Below are positions 1-11,735 of a stretch of DNA of 64,000 nucleotides, piece by piece. How positions within the stretch are numbered: the first letter of the stretch is position 1; every line of letters begins with the position of its first letter. The DNA lies in the NCBI GenBank assembly GCA_038087875.1, contig CM075992.1:9550001-9614000 (forward strand), written 5' to 3'. The DNA is from Malacoraja senta (taxonomy: Eukaryota). The notes beneath the pieces are model-generated. The model had not been told where the DNA came from. It made no database searches and saw only the letters and a program-made list of their open reading frames with translations. The position numbers and the translations under genes were made by a program.

Positions 1-170
1 AAACCTGCACGTCTTTGGAATGTGGGAGGAAACCGAAGATCTCGGAGAAAACCCACGCTGGTCACGGGGAGAACGTACAAACTCCGTACAGACAGCGCCC
101 GTAGTCGGGATCGAACCCGGGTCTCTGGCGCTGTGAGGCAGCAGCTCTACCGCTGTGCCACCGTGCCACC
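1..170 (-). mobile_element. tRNA-derived V-SINE (HE1-like), 5' part
   Basis: Reverse complement reads GGCACGGTGGCACAGCGGTAGAGCTGCTGCCTCACAGCGCCAGAGACCCGGGTTCGATCCCG (A/B boxes), then the conserved GTTCTCCCCGTGAC..GGTTTCCTCCCACA core. About 20 copies in the window. Confidence 0.85.
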
Positions 171-414
171 CTGTATGGGGGAGGAATGTTAACCGGGGCA
201 CCTGCACAATTCTGGGCTCTTCCTGTGATGCCATGGGATCGATGAGGCTTTTTCCTGATATCCCATCAGATGCTCCAGTGGGGGAATGGAGAAACAGAAG
301 AGTTGGGATTCTACCAATACGCAAGTATTTAATTGCCACATACACCAGTAACAGAACATATAGAACACAGGACTGGGCTGTAGATGAGCAAGTAAGGAGG
401 AAGTGTTAAAAGAT

Positions 415-2470
415 CATTGTACACGAGAGGAGCACAGGAACAGGCCCTTCAGCCCACAAAGACTGGGCTGAAAATGATGCCAAGTTAAACTGGCCGTATC
501 TGGCCGTACGTAATCCAGATCCCTCTATTCCCATGTGCCCACTTAAAAGCCTCTTAAACGCCACTATTGTATTGGCCTCCACCGCTACCCTTGGAAGTAC
601 GCTCTGCACACCTCCATTAAACATTCCCCTTCTCACCTTGTAGCCATGCTCTCTCGTGTTGGACATTTCAACCCTCAGGGACAAAGCTTCTGACTGTCTA
701 CCCAATCTACGCCTCTCATAATTTTATATACTTTTTTCAAGCCTCCCCTCAACCTCTGGCATCCGGAGATAACAATCCGAGTCTATCCAACCTCTCCCTG
801 TCGCTGAAATGCTCCAATCTGGGCATCATTCTGGTAAACCTCCTCCGCACCGTCTCCAAAGCCCCCACATCGTTCCGGTAACGGGGTGACCAGAACTGCA
901 CGCAAGACTCCAAATGTGCCTGACAACAGTCCTATAGAACTGCATCATGAATTCCTGACTCTTATATTCATTGCCCCTAGAAATGAAGGCAAGCATAACA
1001 CTTTCCCACCTTCTTTACCACCTTATCTATATGTTGCCACCTTCAGTGAGCGATGAACATGGACTCCAAGATCCCCCTGCACATCAATGCTGTTAAGGGT
1101 CTTGCCATTAACTGTGTTCTCTCTCACCTTACATTCAAACTCACAAAGTGCATCACCTCACATTTGCTCTGGTTAAACTCCATCTGCCATTTCTTTGCCC
1201 ATTTCTGCAGCTGATCTATATCTCACCGTATCTTCTTCTGACAGCACCCTCACTCTCTGGAACTCCTCCAATTTTGGCGTTGACAGCAAATATACTCACC
1301 AACCCATCTATATTTACGTCTACAAGATGGAGGCACTGACTCCCATGGCTCTACTACAAACCCACTGACTCCCATGGCTATCTGGACTACACTTCCTGTA
1401 AGGACTCTATCCCCAACTCCCAATTCCTCCGTCTACGCCGCATCTGCTCCCAGGATGAGGTGTTCCAAACCAGGGCATCGGGGATGTCCTCATTCTTTAG
1501 GGAACGGGGGTTCCCCTCTTCTATTATAGATGAGGCTCTCACCAGGGTCTCCTCTATATCCCGCAGTTCCGCTCTCACTCCCCATCCCCCCACTCGTAAC
1601 AAGGACAGAGTCCCCCTTGTCCTCACCTTCCACTCTACTAGCCATCACATACAACAGATAATCCTCCGACATTTTCGCCATCTCCAACGGGATCCCACCA
1701 CTGGCCACATCTTCCCATCTCCTCCCCTTTCTGCTTTCCGCAGAGACCGTTCCCTCGGTAACTCCCTGGTCAATTTGTCCCTTCCCATCCAAACCACCCT
1801 CTCCCCGGGCACTTTCCCTTGCAACCGCAGGAAATGCTACACTTGTCGCTTTACCTCCCCCCATGACTCCATCCAAGGACCCAAGCAGTCTTTCCAGGTG
1901 CGGCAGAGGTTCACCTGCATCTCCTCCAACCTCATCTATTACATCCGCTGCTCCAGGTGTCAACTTCTCTACATCGGTGGGACCAAGCGTAGGCTTGGCG
2001 ATCGCTTCGCCCAACACCTCCGCTCAGTTCGCAACAACCAACCTGATCTCCCGGTGGCTCAGCACTTCAACTCCCCCTCCCATTCCGAATCCGACCTTTC
2101 TGTCCTGGGCCTCCTCCATTGCCAGAGTGAGGCCCAGCGCAAATTGGAGGAACAGCACCTCATATTTCGCTTGGGTAGTTTACACCCCAGCGGTATGAAC
2201 ATTGACTTCTCCAATTTCAGGTAGTCCTTGCTTTCTCCCTCCTTCCCCTCCCCTTCCCAGCTCTCCCACAGCCTACTGTCTCCGCCTCTTCCTTTCTTTT
2301 TCCCCGCCCCCCCCCGACATCAGTCTGAAGAAGGGTCTCGACCCGAAATGTTGCCTATTCCTTCTCTCCATAGATGCTGCCTCACCCGCTGAGTTCCTCC
2401 AGCATTTTTGTCTATCTTATATTTACGTCGAGGTCATGTATATATATCAGAAACAGCAGAGGTCCCAGCT
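415..2470 (-). mobile_element. Degenerate CR1-clade LINE 3' fragment, split by a Penelope insertion
   Basis: Reverse complement shows decayed CR1 ORF2 C-terminal motifs and the GGGCTGAAGGGCCTGTT tail. The LINE resumes after 2429. Confidence 0.7.
1321..2417 (+). mobile_element. Penelope-like element (Neptune-type), 5'-truncated: RT C-terminus, Zn-finger linker, GIY-YIG endonuclease and terminal repeat
   Basis: ORF 1460-2224 has CNRRKCYTC and NLIYYIRCSRCQLLYIGGTKRRLGDRFAQH...GMN (GIY-YIG). 12-bp TSD TATATTTACGTC at 1309-1320 and 2418-2429. Confidence 0.9.
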
Positions 2471-3204
2471 CCAATGGTCACTAGAATAATGGAATTCTCA
2501 GGTTTATAGACCTGTAATGTAATAACACACAGATGAATATTTAATAATCAATAATGCAATTAATTTATAAGCTGGGGTACTGGGTACTATCCGACTCGCC
2601 TCTACCCCATTGTGGACATTGGACTTTGTCTGTGGAACTGATGCGCTACAATGCTGAGAACCCTTTGATCTACCTATTGGACTGGAGTTTGGTTTCATTG
2701 TACTTATGTATAATATTATCTGATTTAATTGGATAACATGCAAGACAGAGCTTGACACTGTAACTTGGTACTCATGCCAATAATAAAGCTTAACCTAAAG
2801 TGGTTCAAAGCCACCAGGATTTTCATTCTCAGGCATTAGGATTCCTGAATAGGAACATGCCAGTATCTCACTAAACTGAGTAGGAGGGAATTGAAGATAG
2901 AGTGATACAGCGTGGAAACAGGCCCTTCAGCCCAACTTGCCCACACCGGCCAACATGTCCCAGCTACACTAGTCCCACCTGCCTGCGTTTGGCCCACATC
3001 CCTCCAAACCTGTCCTATCCATGTACCTGTCTAACTGTTTCTTAAACGTTGGGATAGTCCCAGCCTCAACTACGTCCGCTGGCAGCTCCGTTCCATACAC
3101 CCACCACCCTTTGTGTCAAAAAGTCACCCCTCAGATTCCTATTAAATCTTTTCTCCTTCACCTTGAACCTATGTTCTCTAGTCCTCGATTCCCCTACTCT
3201 GGGC

Positions 3205-3385
3205 AAGATGCTGGTTTAAATTGAAGGTAGACACAAAAGCTGGAGTAACTCAGCAGGTCAGACAGCATCTTTGGAGAAAAGGAATAGGTGACGCCTTGGG
3301 TCGGGTCATGTCTGAAGAAGGGTCTCGACCCGAAACATCACCTATTCCTTTTCTCCATAGATGCTGCCCTGAGTTACTCCAGCAC
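3205..3385. repeat. Inverted pair of Penelope terminal-repeat fragments
   Basis: GCTGGAGTAACTCAG...GGAATAGGTGAC is followed by its reverse complement CATCACCTATTCC...GAGTTACTCCAGC. Similar inverted pairs at about 18330-18525, 39310-39515, 48780-48975, 52805-53000 and 60010-60385. Confidence 0.75.
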
Positions 3386-3419
3386 TATATTTTACCGTAA
3401 ACTGAAATGTGAGCCGAAA

Positions 3420-3935
3420 GCACCACCACCCTTACCTGCACCCGTCACCCCCAACCCCAAACCACCACCCCTCACCCCAACCCAAACCACACTCCCACCC
3501 CTCACCCCCCACCCCTCACCTCCACCCCTCACCTCCACCCCTCAACCTCACCCCTCACCCCATTACCCACACCACCACCCCCACCCCCACCCCTCACCTC
3601 CACCCCTCAACCTCACCCCTCACCCCCATTACCCACACCACCACCCCCACCCCCACCCCCCACCCCTCACCTCCACCCCTCATCCCCACCCCTCACCCCC
3701 AACCCAAACCACACTCCGACCCCCACCCCTCACCTCCACCCCTCACCCCCAACCCAAACCACACTCCCACCCCTCACCCCCACCCATCACCCCCAACCCA
3801 AACCACACTCCCACCCCTCACCCCCACCCCTCACCTCCACCCCTCAACCCCACCCCTCATCCCCACCCCTCAACCCATTACCCACACCACCACCCCCACC
3901 CCTCACCCCCACCCCTCACCCCTACCACCACCCTC
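3420..3935. repeat. C/A-rich low-complexity tandem repeat (CCCCAC/CCTCAC/CCCAAA units)
   Basis: Directly visible degenerate hexamer array almost devoid of G on the + strand. Confidence 0.9.
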
Positions 3936-4096
3936 AGTGGAACCTAATTAGACAGTTTTGTACAGAGTCCTCTTCCTTCCTTAATATCCTTATTGGATGT
4001 GGAGATTTGGTAAATGCAGGAGACTTTCTAACCCAGAGTAGGGTAATCAACATCCAGAGGACCTAGGTGAGAGGGGCAAAATGTAAAAGAAAACCT

Positions 4097-5255
4097 GGTT
4101 CATCTGCTACCTCAAAGGTAGGAGTTTCTCGACTAACATAGGCAACTCATTCTCCTCCCCAGCTAATCTCTGCTGTGGGGTTCCACAAGGTTCCATCCTT
4201 GGCCCCATTCTCTTCTCCCTGTATATGCTCCCCTTAGGCCAAGTCATTGAAAGGCACGGCATTTCCTTCCATTGCTACGCAGACGATACACAACTCTATC
4301 TCCCCCTGAAGCCCCAAAAACAATCAAATCTGTTTAACCTTACCCACTGCCTCGAGGATATAAAGTGTTGGATGGCCCAGAACTTCCGCCAACTAAACGA
4401 GAGTAAGTCTGAGGTCATCCTTCTCGGCCCCTCGGACTCAATCAAAATGATAGCAGGCAGCCTTGGAAGCCTTACCCCACTACTCCAACCTCACGTCAAA
4501 AACCTTGGCGTGATATTTGACTCAGCACTGAGATTTGACAAACAAGTCAATGCCGTGGTAAAAGCTAGCTTCTTTCAGCTTCAGACGATAGCTAAAATAA
4601 AACAATTCCTCCAGTTTGATGGCCCGGGAAAGATCATCCACACATTCATCTCCTCCCGCCTAGATTACTGCAACTCCCTTTACACTGGCATCAGCCAATC
4701 TTCCCCGTCCCGCCTGCAACTGGTCCAAAACGCCGCAGCGAGACTCCTGACGGGCACCCGAAAAAGGGACCACATCACCCCGATCCTGGCCTCTCTCCAC
4801 TGGCTCCCTGTGCGGTTCCGTATACATTTCAAGATCCTCCTCCATGTTACAAAGCCCTCAATGGGCTAGCCCCCACCTACATAAAAAGTCTTCTCACCCA
4901 CCACTCCACCTCCAGGCCCCTCAGATCAGCCGACTTGGGGTTGCTGAATATCCCGCGGTCTAGGCATAAGCTCAGGGGCGACCGCGCCTTTGCGGTTGCA
5001 GCTCCTAGACTGTGGAACAGCATCCCCCTTCCCATCAGAACCGCCCCCTCCATCGACTCTTTTAAGTCAAGACTAAAGACTTATCTATACTCCCAAGCCT
5101 TTCCTGACGTCCTCTGAGTGAGGGCTACACGTATATATGTATGTAGTTTGTTTTGTTTGTGCTATTCTTATAACAAATGTAAAGCACTTTGGCCAACGAG
5201 AGTTATTTTTTAAATGTGCTATATAAATAAATGTGACTTGACTTGACTTGACTTG
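4097..5255 (+). mobile_element. L2-clade LINE 3' fragment (RT domain to 3' tail)
   Basis: GVPQGSILGPILFSLYMLPLG...HCYADDTQLYL...SRLDYCNSL...LQLVQNAAARLL...LHWLPV...GDRAF, with a frameshift near 4848. Ends in AATAAA + (GACTT)n. Inserted into a CR1 fragment. Confidence 0.9.
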
Positions 5256-5754
5256 AGGGGCAGCTTTGTCACACAGAGGGTGGTGGGTGTATGAGACGAG
5301 CTGCCAGAGGAGGATCGGTAGTTGAGGCAGGTACAATAACAGCATTTTAAAGATATTTGGAGAATGGATAGGAAAGATTTTGAGGGATATGGCACAAACA
5401 TGGGCCAATGGGACCAGCTTAAGTGGGGCATGTTGGTCGGCATGGATGAGCTGGGCTGAAGGGCCTGTTTTCATGCTGTATAGCTCTATGACTTCAATGG
5501 AGCTGTGCGGGCCAAGTATTTTACGTGGAGAGTGGTGGGGGGCAGGAAGGCTTTGACAGGGGTAATGATGGAGGCAGATATGATAGCAGTGATTAACAGA
5601 CTTGTAGATAATGGAAATGATGGAATTGCAAGGGATGGATTGATTTGGATCCTGTGTAAGCAGTCTAACTTGGCATCATGTTCGGCACAAAAATTGTGTG
5701 CTGAAGGACCCGTTCTTTCCACGTCTATGTTCTGTGACTAGATTCTGTGACTCT

Positions 5755-6048
5755 AGGCGACTCCGGGCTGTCAAAGCTGCGACAGCCAGACATAACAACA
5801 GTTTTTATCCACGAGAAGTTGCTCTACTCAACAGCCAAAAATCTGTAGCCTCCCTTTGATCTGGTATTTTGTTGGTTCACATGCTTGATCAATGGTGTTT
5901 TATCATTAATGTCTTATTATTATTCATGTTTAATGTTTTCTGAGTCATTCGTAACTATCACTGAAAGTCATGTTGTTACTTGTGGGCGGAGCGCCAAGGC
6001 AAATTCCTTGTATGTGAATACTTGGCCAATAAACTTACTTACTTACTT
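5755..6048 (+). mobile_element. Rex1/Babar-type LINE 3' end
   Basis: Encodes ..RLRAVKAATARHNNSFYP.. and ends CCAATAAA(CTTA)n. A near-identical copy lies at 46955-47247. Confidence 0.6.
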
Positions 6049-6344
6049 AGATATTTGCATTTAAGCAGAGTTCCACCCAGGTACAAGAGAACAAGATGTG
6101 CAAGAACACCAGTGATAGACACAAAGTAAAGAGGGTTGGGGGGAACTAGAGGTAGGAAGAGGTCAGCACAAATAAAGATGACCAAGGGAGGGTGGAGCCC
6201 ACAATGGTCTATTGTTGCCTGGGGAAGCAGTGATCTTCTTCTTCTTGCGAAAGAAACATAAACCAAAGTAATAGTTAGATCCCAAGCCGGGTGTTGAGCA
6301 GCCAGGTTGTTGTCTCTGAGTCAATAGACAATAGACAATAGGTG

Positions 6345-6398
6345 GGGGTGGAAGATTGCAACCTTCACGTGGTCCGCCTTGTTTCGACTAATGCAATC
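6345..6398 (+). ncRNA. Predicted minimal HDV/CPEB3-like self-cleaving ribozyme
   Basis: P1 GGGGUGG(6345-51)/CCGCCUU(6374-80); P2 GAUUGCA(6354-60)/UGCAAUC(6392-98); P3 ACC/GGU; L3 UUCACGU; GU after P1; vestigial P4; J4/2 CUAA with putative catalytic C6388. Confidence 0.75.
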
Positions 6399-6484
6399 AA
6401 CTCGACGTGCACAAACGGAAGATCAAATAGAACAAGTTGTCCAACAACTTTAGGCTGTGCACGCCACACAAAAGAAGAAGAAGA
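6345..6484 (+). mobile_element. ~140-bp non-autonomous retroposon with (GAA)n tail (likely Vingi-mobilised)
   Basis: TSD CAATAGGTG at 6336-6344 and 6485-6493. G-run 5' end and AAGAAGAAGAAGA tail. Confidence 0.8.
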
Positions 6485-7418
6485 CAATAGGTGCAGGAGT
6501 AGGCCATTCGGCCCTTCGAGCCAGCACCGCCATTCAATGTGATCATGGCTGATCATTCCCAATCAGTACCCCGTTCCTGCCTTCTCCCCATATCCCCTGA
6601 CTCTGCTATTTTTAAGAGCCCTATCCAGCTCTCTCTTGAAAGCATCCAGAGAACCTGCCTCCACCGCCCTCTGAGGCAGAGAATTCCACAGACTCACCAC
6701 TCTCTGTGAGAGTCAATGTCTGCCAGGCCCTGACACAGCTCCATTTGGCGGGTGGTAGAGCGGGGACCCAGAGATGACATGGCTGTCTGTCTGTTGTTGT
6801 GCTCTGCATTCACAGGCTGGGCTCTGGCGGAGCCCCCATCTCCACATGCTGACATTGAAACACCCAACTCCAGTACCAAGTCTGTTGAGCTTCACCCATG
6901 CTCCTCCAGGGAGCTCAGACCCTGGACAGCTTTTATCTGGTGAATAGATGTAGCTGTCCAGGGTCTGACATCCTCAGAGAAGAAGTGATAACGAAGGGAT
7001 ACAGCGATGCATCCAGCCAACAATGGACCATTGTGAGCTCCACCCTCCCGTGTTCATCTTTTACCGGCCCTGATTTGTTCTGGCCTTTTCCTACCTCTAG
7101 TTACCTCCCCCTCTCTATTTTCAGTCTGAAGAACAGTTCCGACCCGAATCGCCACCCATCCTTTTCCTCCAGAGATGCTGCCTGACCTGCTGAGTTACTC
7201 CAGCACTTTGTGTCTATCTTCAGTATAAACCAGCATCTGCAGTTCCTTCCTGGTCTGGTTTGGCAAATATTAGTGTACATACTCTGAAAGTATCCATTGT
7301 GTATTCAGTTCTGGGCACTTTTGGGCCAGAGATCTTGCCTCATGTCGGGAACACAAAGACCAATGAAAAGCTGATTTTATTGCTAACAAGATCTCCAAAA
7401 ATTTTAGAAATTTGCAGT

Positions 7419-7874
7419 CAATAGACAATAGACAATAGGTGCAGGAGTAGGCCATTTGGCCCTTCGAGCCAGCACCGCCATTCAATGTGATCATGGCTGA
7501 TCATCCCCAATCAGTACCCCGTTCCTGCCTTCTCCCCATATCCCCTGACTCCGCTATCTTTAAGAGCCCCATCTAACTCTCTCTTGAAAGCATCCAGAGA
7601 ACCGGCCTCCACTGCCCTCTGAGGCAGAGAATTCCACAGACTCACCACTCTCTGTGAGGAAAAGTATTTCCTTGGCTCCGTTCTAAATGGCTTACTCCTT
7701 ATTCTTAAACTGTGGCCCCTGGTTCTGGACTCCCCTAACATCGGGAACATGTTTCCTGCCTCTAGTGTGTCCAAGCCCTTAACAATCTTAAATGTTTCTA
7801 TGAGATCCCCTCTCATCCTTCTAAACTCCAGAATGTACAAGCCCAGCTGCTCCATTCTCTCAGCATATGACAGT
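7419..7874 (-). mobile_element. CR1/HER1-like LINE 3' fragment
   Basis: ORF 7511-7855 [44 protein letters not shown], with a 7-mer repeat tail. Confidence 0.9.
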
Positions 7875-8032
7875 CAGTTGCTAGGAATCTTGGCGTTGAG
7901 TATCAGTGGGATGTTCTGTCAGAGGGAGCCAGATGGTGATGTGGGGAACAAGATGGTTAACAGCAGTGGGCGAGTTGGGTCTCCCACCCTTCTAAATGGT
8001 CTCACAGGAACTTCTATATCCAGGAGTGTGGG

Positions 8033-9147
8033 ACAGCAGGCAGTGAAGAAAGCGAATGGCATGTTGGCCTTTATAACAAGAGGAGTTGAGTATAGGAGCA
8101 AAGAGGTCCTCCTGCAGTTGTACAGGGCCCTAGTGAGACCACACCTGGAGTATTGTGTGCAGTTTTGGTCCCCTAATTTGAGGAAGGACATTCTTGCTAT
8201 TGAGGGATTAGGAGCAGTAGTAGGCCCCTCTCAGCCATGACTGACCATGGGTGATGTATCCTGCTCGGATGCAAGCCTGGGCGATGTCATATGGAGGACA
8301 GGCTGTTGCCCATGCAGCACGTCCCCCCTCTCCACGTCGCTGATCGATCCAAAGGAACAGCAGGGCCGTTACAGTTTGGCACCAGCGCTGTCGCAGGAGC
8401 TGCCAGAGCGAGGTTGTAGACAACGACGAACTGCCTTAGGGGGCTCCGACTCCGGATTTTCTTGAAGTTTACTCCTGCAGCCTTTTCCATGACTGGATAT
8501 GGCCACAAGGCAGTGGAGGTTTTAAATCAGAGTTTTCCCTCTCCTAGATGGACTGCCTTCCCAGGCTGACGAGCCCCATCTGCCCGAGACTCGTGGGGGC
8601 GGGAGCGTCTACCTTCCCGTGCAGGTCTATAGCACCTGCCCACTGCCCAGATTGAGGGAGTGCAGCGTAGGTTTACAAGGTTAATTCCCGGGATGGCGGG
8701 ACTATCATATGCTGAGAGAATGGAGCAGCTGGGCTTGTACACTCTGGAGTTTAGAAGGATGAGGGGGGATCTTATTGAAACATATAAGATTATTGAGGGT
8801 TTGGACAGGCTAGAGGCAGGAAACATGTTCCCGATGTTGGGGGAGTCCAGAACCAGGGGCCACAGTTTAAGAATAAGGGGAAGCCATTTAGAACGGAGAC
8901 GAGGAAACATTTTTCTCGCAGAGAGTGGTGAGTCTGTGGAATTCTCTGCCTCAGAGGGTGGTGGAGGCCGGTTCTCTAGATACTTTCAAGAGAGAGCTAG
9001 ATAAGGCTCTTAAAAATAGCGGAGTCAGGGGATATGGGGAGAAGGCAGGAACGGGGTACTGATTGGGGATGATCAGATATGATCACATTGAATGGCGGTG
9101 CTGGCTCGAAGGGCCGAATGCCCCACTCCTGCACCTATTGTCTATTG
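8033..9147 (+). mobile_element. CR1/HER1-like LINE 3' fragment, split by an RTE-derived element
   Basis: [36 protein letters not shown] | [11 protein letters not shown].. continues across the 8208-8650 insertion. Confidence 0.9.
8208..8650 (-). mobile_element. Non-autonomous RTE-derived retroposon
   Basis: 9-bp TSD ATTGAGGGA (8199-8207, 8651-8659). The minus strand has GGGCTCGTCAGCC..GGCAG..CTAGGAGAGGGAAAACTCTGATTT, resembling RTE 5' UTRs, and a (CTA)n-like tail. Family assignment is from recall. Confidence 0.6.
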
Positions 9148-9379
9148 ACCCCCTGCCCTTAGTTTAATGTGTGGTCACAAAGGCTGTGCCTCTGACAGTA
9201 CAGCACTCCCTCGGTGTTGTATTGGTGAGCAGGTCTCGACGTCTATACACTCCTTTCAGCATTGTGGCTTCCACCCACAGGTTGCTGTCACCAGTCTATC
9301 CCCGGGCCACATACAATGTCGCAGGAAGGAACTCCAGATGCAGGATTACACCAAAGTTAGACTCAAAATGCTGGAGTAA

Positions 9380-10217
9380 AGGGCCTGTCCCACTTGGCTG
9401 TCTTTCGCGCACCATTTACGCGACCTGCTAGCGTGTGGGTAGCGCGGGGACGGGCGCATGGAGTGGTGTGGAGGAGTGTGGACTTTGTCCTGAACTAAAT
9501 CTTCGCGCACCACCGGCCTGTCGCGTAACTGACGGCCAAAGTGGGACAGGCCCAAGACCCTGGCGTGGCGCAACGTCTCACCTCCAACAGCAGCAGAAGC
9601 AGGCAAACGATCGCCGAGCTCGGCCTGGGGCTCACGGCCGTTGCGGTCTGGATCCGCCCCCACTCCTACTCCCAGAGCGGGGCCAAGAAGATTGAAGATG
9701 GACACAAAATGCTGGAGTAACTCAGCGGGACAGGCAGCATCTCTGGAGAGAAGCAATGGGTGATGTTTTTGGTCAAGACCCTTCTTTCGGACTGAAGAAG
9801 AGTCTCGACACGAAACATACAATACAATACAATACAATACCGTTTATTGTCATTTGAACCTCAAATGAAGTTCAAACAAAATTTGGTTTCTGCAGTCACA
9901 CAACAAGAAAAAGAACCAAGACACAACACCAACACAATTTACACAAACATCCATCACAGTGAATCTCCTCCTCACTGTGATGGCAGGCAAAGTCTTGTCT
10001 CTCCCCTGTTCTTCATTCTTCTCCCGATGTCACAGTCAAAGTCAATGACATCACCCATCCCTTCTCTCCAGAGATGCTGCCAGTCCTGCTGAGTTACTCC
10101 AGCATTTTGTGTCTATCTTCAAATGACGTCACCCGCTCCAGACGGCTGTGCGGGCGCATGATGACGCGGGCACGACCGGCCTGTCGCATAAGTGACGGCC
10201 CAAGTGGGACAGGCCCT
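9380..10217. mobile_element. PIF/Harbinger-type MITE with nested Penelope and Rex-type fragments
   Basis: TIR AGGGCCTGTCCCACTT / AAGTGGGACAGGCCCT; TAA TSD (9377-79, 10218-20) inside the Penelope motif CTGGAG-TAA-CTCAGC; extra internal TIR at about 9539-9553; nested inserts at about 9690-10120. Confidence 0.8.
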
Positions 10218-10557
10218 TAACTCAGCGGGTCAGGCAGCATCTCTGGGGAAAAGGAATAGGTGACGTTTCGGGGCGAGACCCTTCCTCAAAGCTTTTCACT
10301 GCACATGTGACAATAATTAGGTTAATATGATTTGGATAATACAGTAAAAAGCTTTGATTTGCTTGTTATCCAAACATACCATACATAGACTCAAATACCG
10401 TTCAAACTCAAATACAATATGTTGAACAGAGTGCAGAATATAGTTGTCAGCATTGTAGCGCATCAGTTCGACAGACAAAGTCCAATGTCCGCAATGGAGT
10501 AAAGGTGAATCGAACAGTACCCAGTACCCCAGTTTATTAATTCATTGTATTATTGAT

Positions 10558-11063
10558 TATTGAGGGAGTGCGGCGTAGGTTTACAAGGTTAATTCCCGGG
10601 ATGGCGGGACTGTCATATGCTGAGAGAATGGAGCAGCTGGGCTTGTACACTCTGGAGTTTAGAAGGATGAGAGGATATCTCATTGAAACATATAAGATTG
10701 TTAAGGGCTTGGACACGCTAGAGGCAGGAAACATGTTCCCGATGTTGGGGGAGTCCAGAACCAGGGGCCACACAGTTTAAGAATAAGGAGTAAGCCATTT
10801 AGAACGGAGACGAGGAACTTTTCTCACAGAGAGTTGTGCGTCTGAGGAATTCGCTGCCTCAGAGGGCGGTGGAGGCCGGTTCTCTGGATACTTTCAAGAG
10901 AGAGCTAGATAGGGCTCTTAAAAATAGTGGAGTCAGGGGATATGGGAAAAAGGCAGGAACGGGGTACTGATTGAGGATGATCAGCCGTGATCACATTGAA
11001 TGGCGGTGCTGGCTCGAAGGGCCGAATGGCCTACTCCTGCAACTATTGCCTATTGTCTATTGA
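10558..11063 (+). mobile_element. CR1/HER1-like LINE 3' fragment
   Basis: [36 protein letters not shown].. plus the conserved tail. Confidence 0.9.
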
Positions 11064-11107
11064 TTATTATCTATTTATCTGTGTGTTATTACATTACTGG
11101 CCTGTAA

Positions 11108-11371
<264 letters not shown>

Positions 11372-11384
11372 TAAGTTGGAGTGA

Positions 11385-11624
<240 letters not shown>

Positions 11625-11735
11625 TGAGTATCTCAGGGCAGGTTGGTGTTACAGCCGCAGAGCTCTGCTCCAGGGCCAAGGAGTGGGCATTTGCTGGCTT
11701 CAGAAGGGTCAACCACCTCGGTGGGTCTGGACGTA

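Larger units (their letters stand above)
6326..6709 (-). mobile_element. CR1/HER1-like LINE 3' end nested in the Vingi fragment
   Basis: Same family as the other CR1 tails (GGCTCGAAGGGCCGAATGGCCTACTCCTGCACC + (TATTGTC)n on the minus strand). Confidence 0.85.
6235..6955 (-). mobile_element. Vingi/Ingi-clade LINE 3' fragment with (GAA)n tail, interrupted by a CR1 fragment
   Basis: Minus strand encodes WVKLNRLGTGVG..MWRWGL..SPACEC...QT..HVISG.PLY and, after the insertion, ..ETTTWLLNTRLGI*, then GAAGAAGAAG. The interruption is flanked by GAGTCAAT (6318-6325, 6710-6717). Confidence 0.7.

Noticed and set aside
3288..3951. Long Pro/His/Thr-rich ORFs (219 and 180 aa)
   Set aside because: By-product of a C/A-rich simple repeat lacking stop codons; the first also begins in a Penelope repeat.
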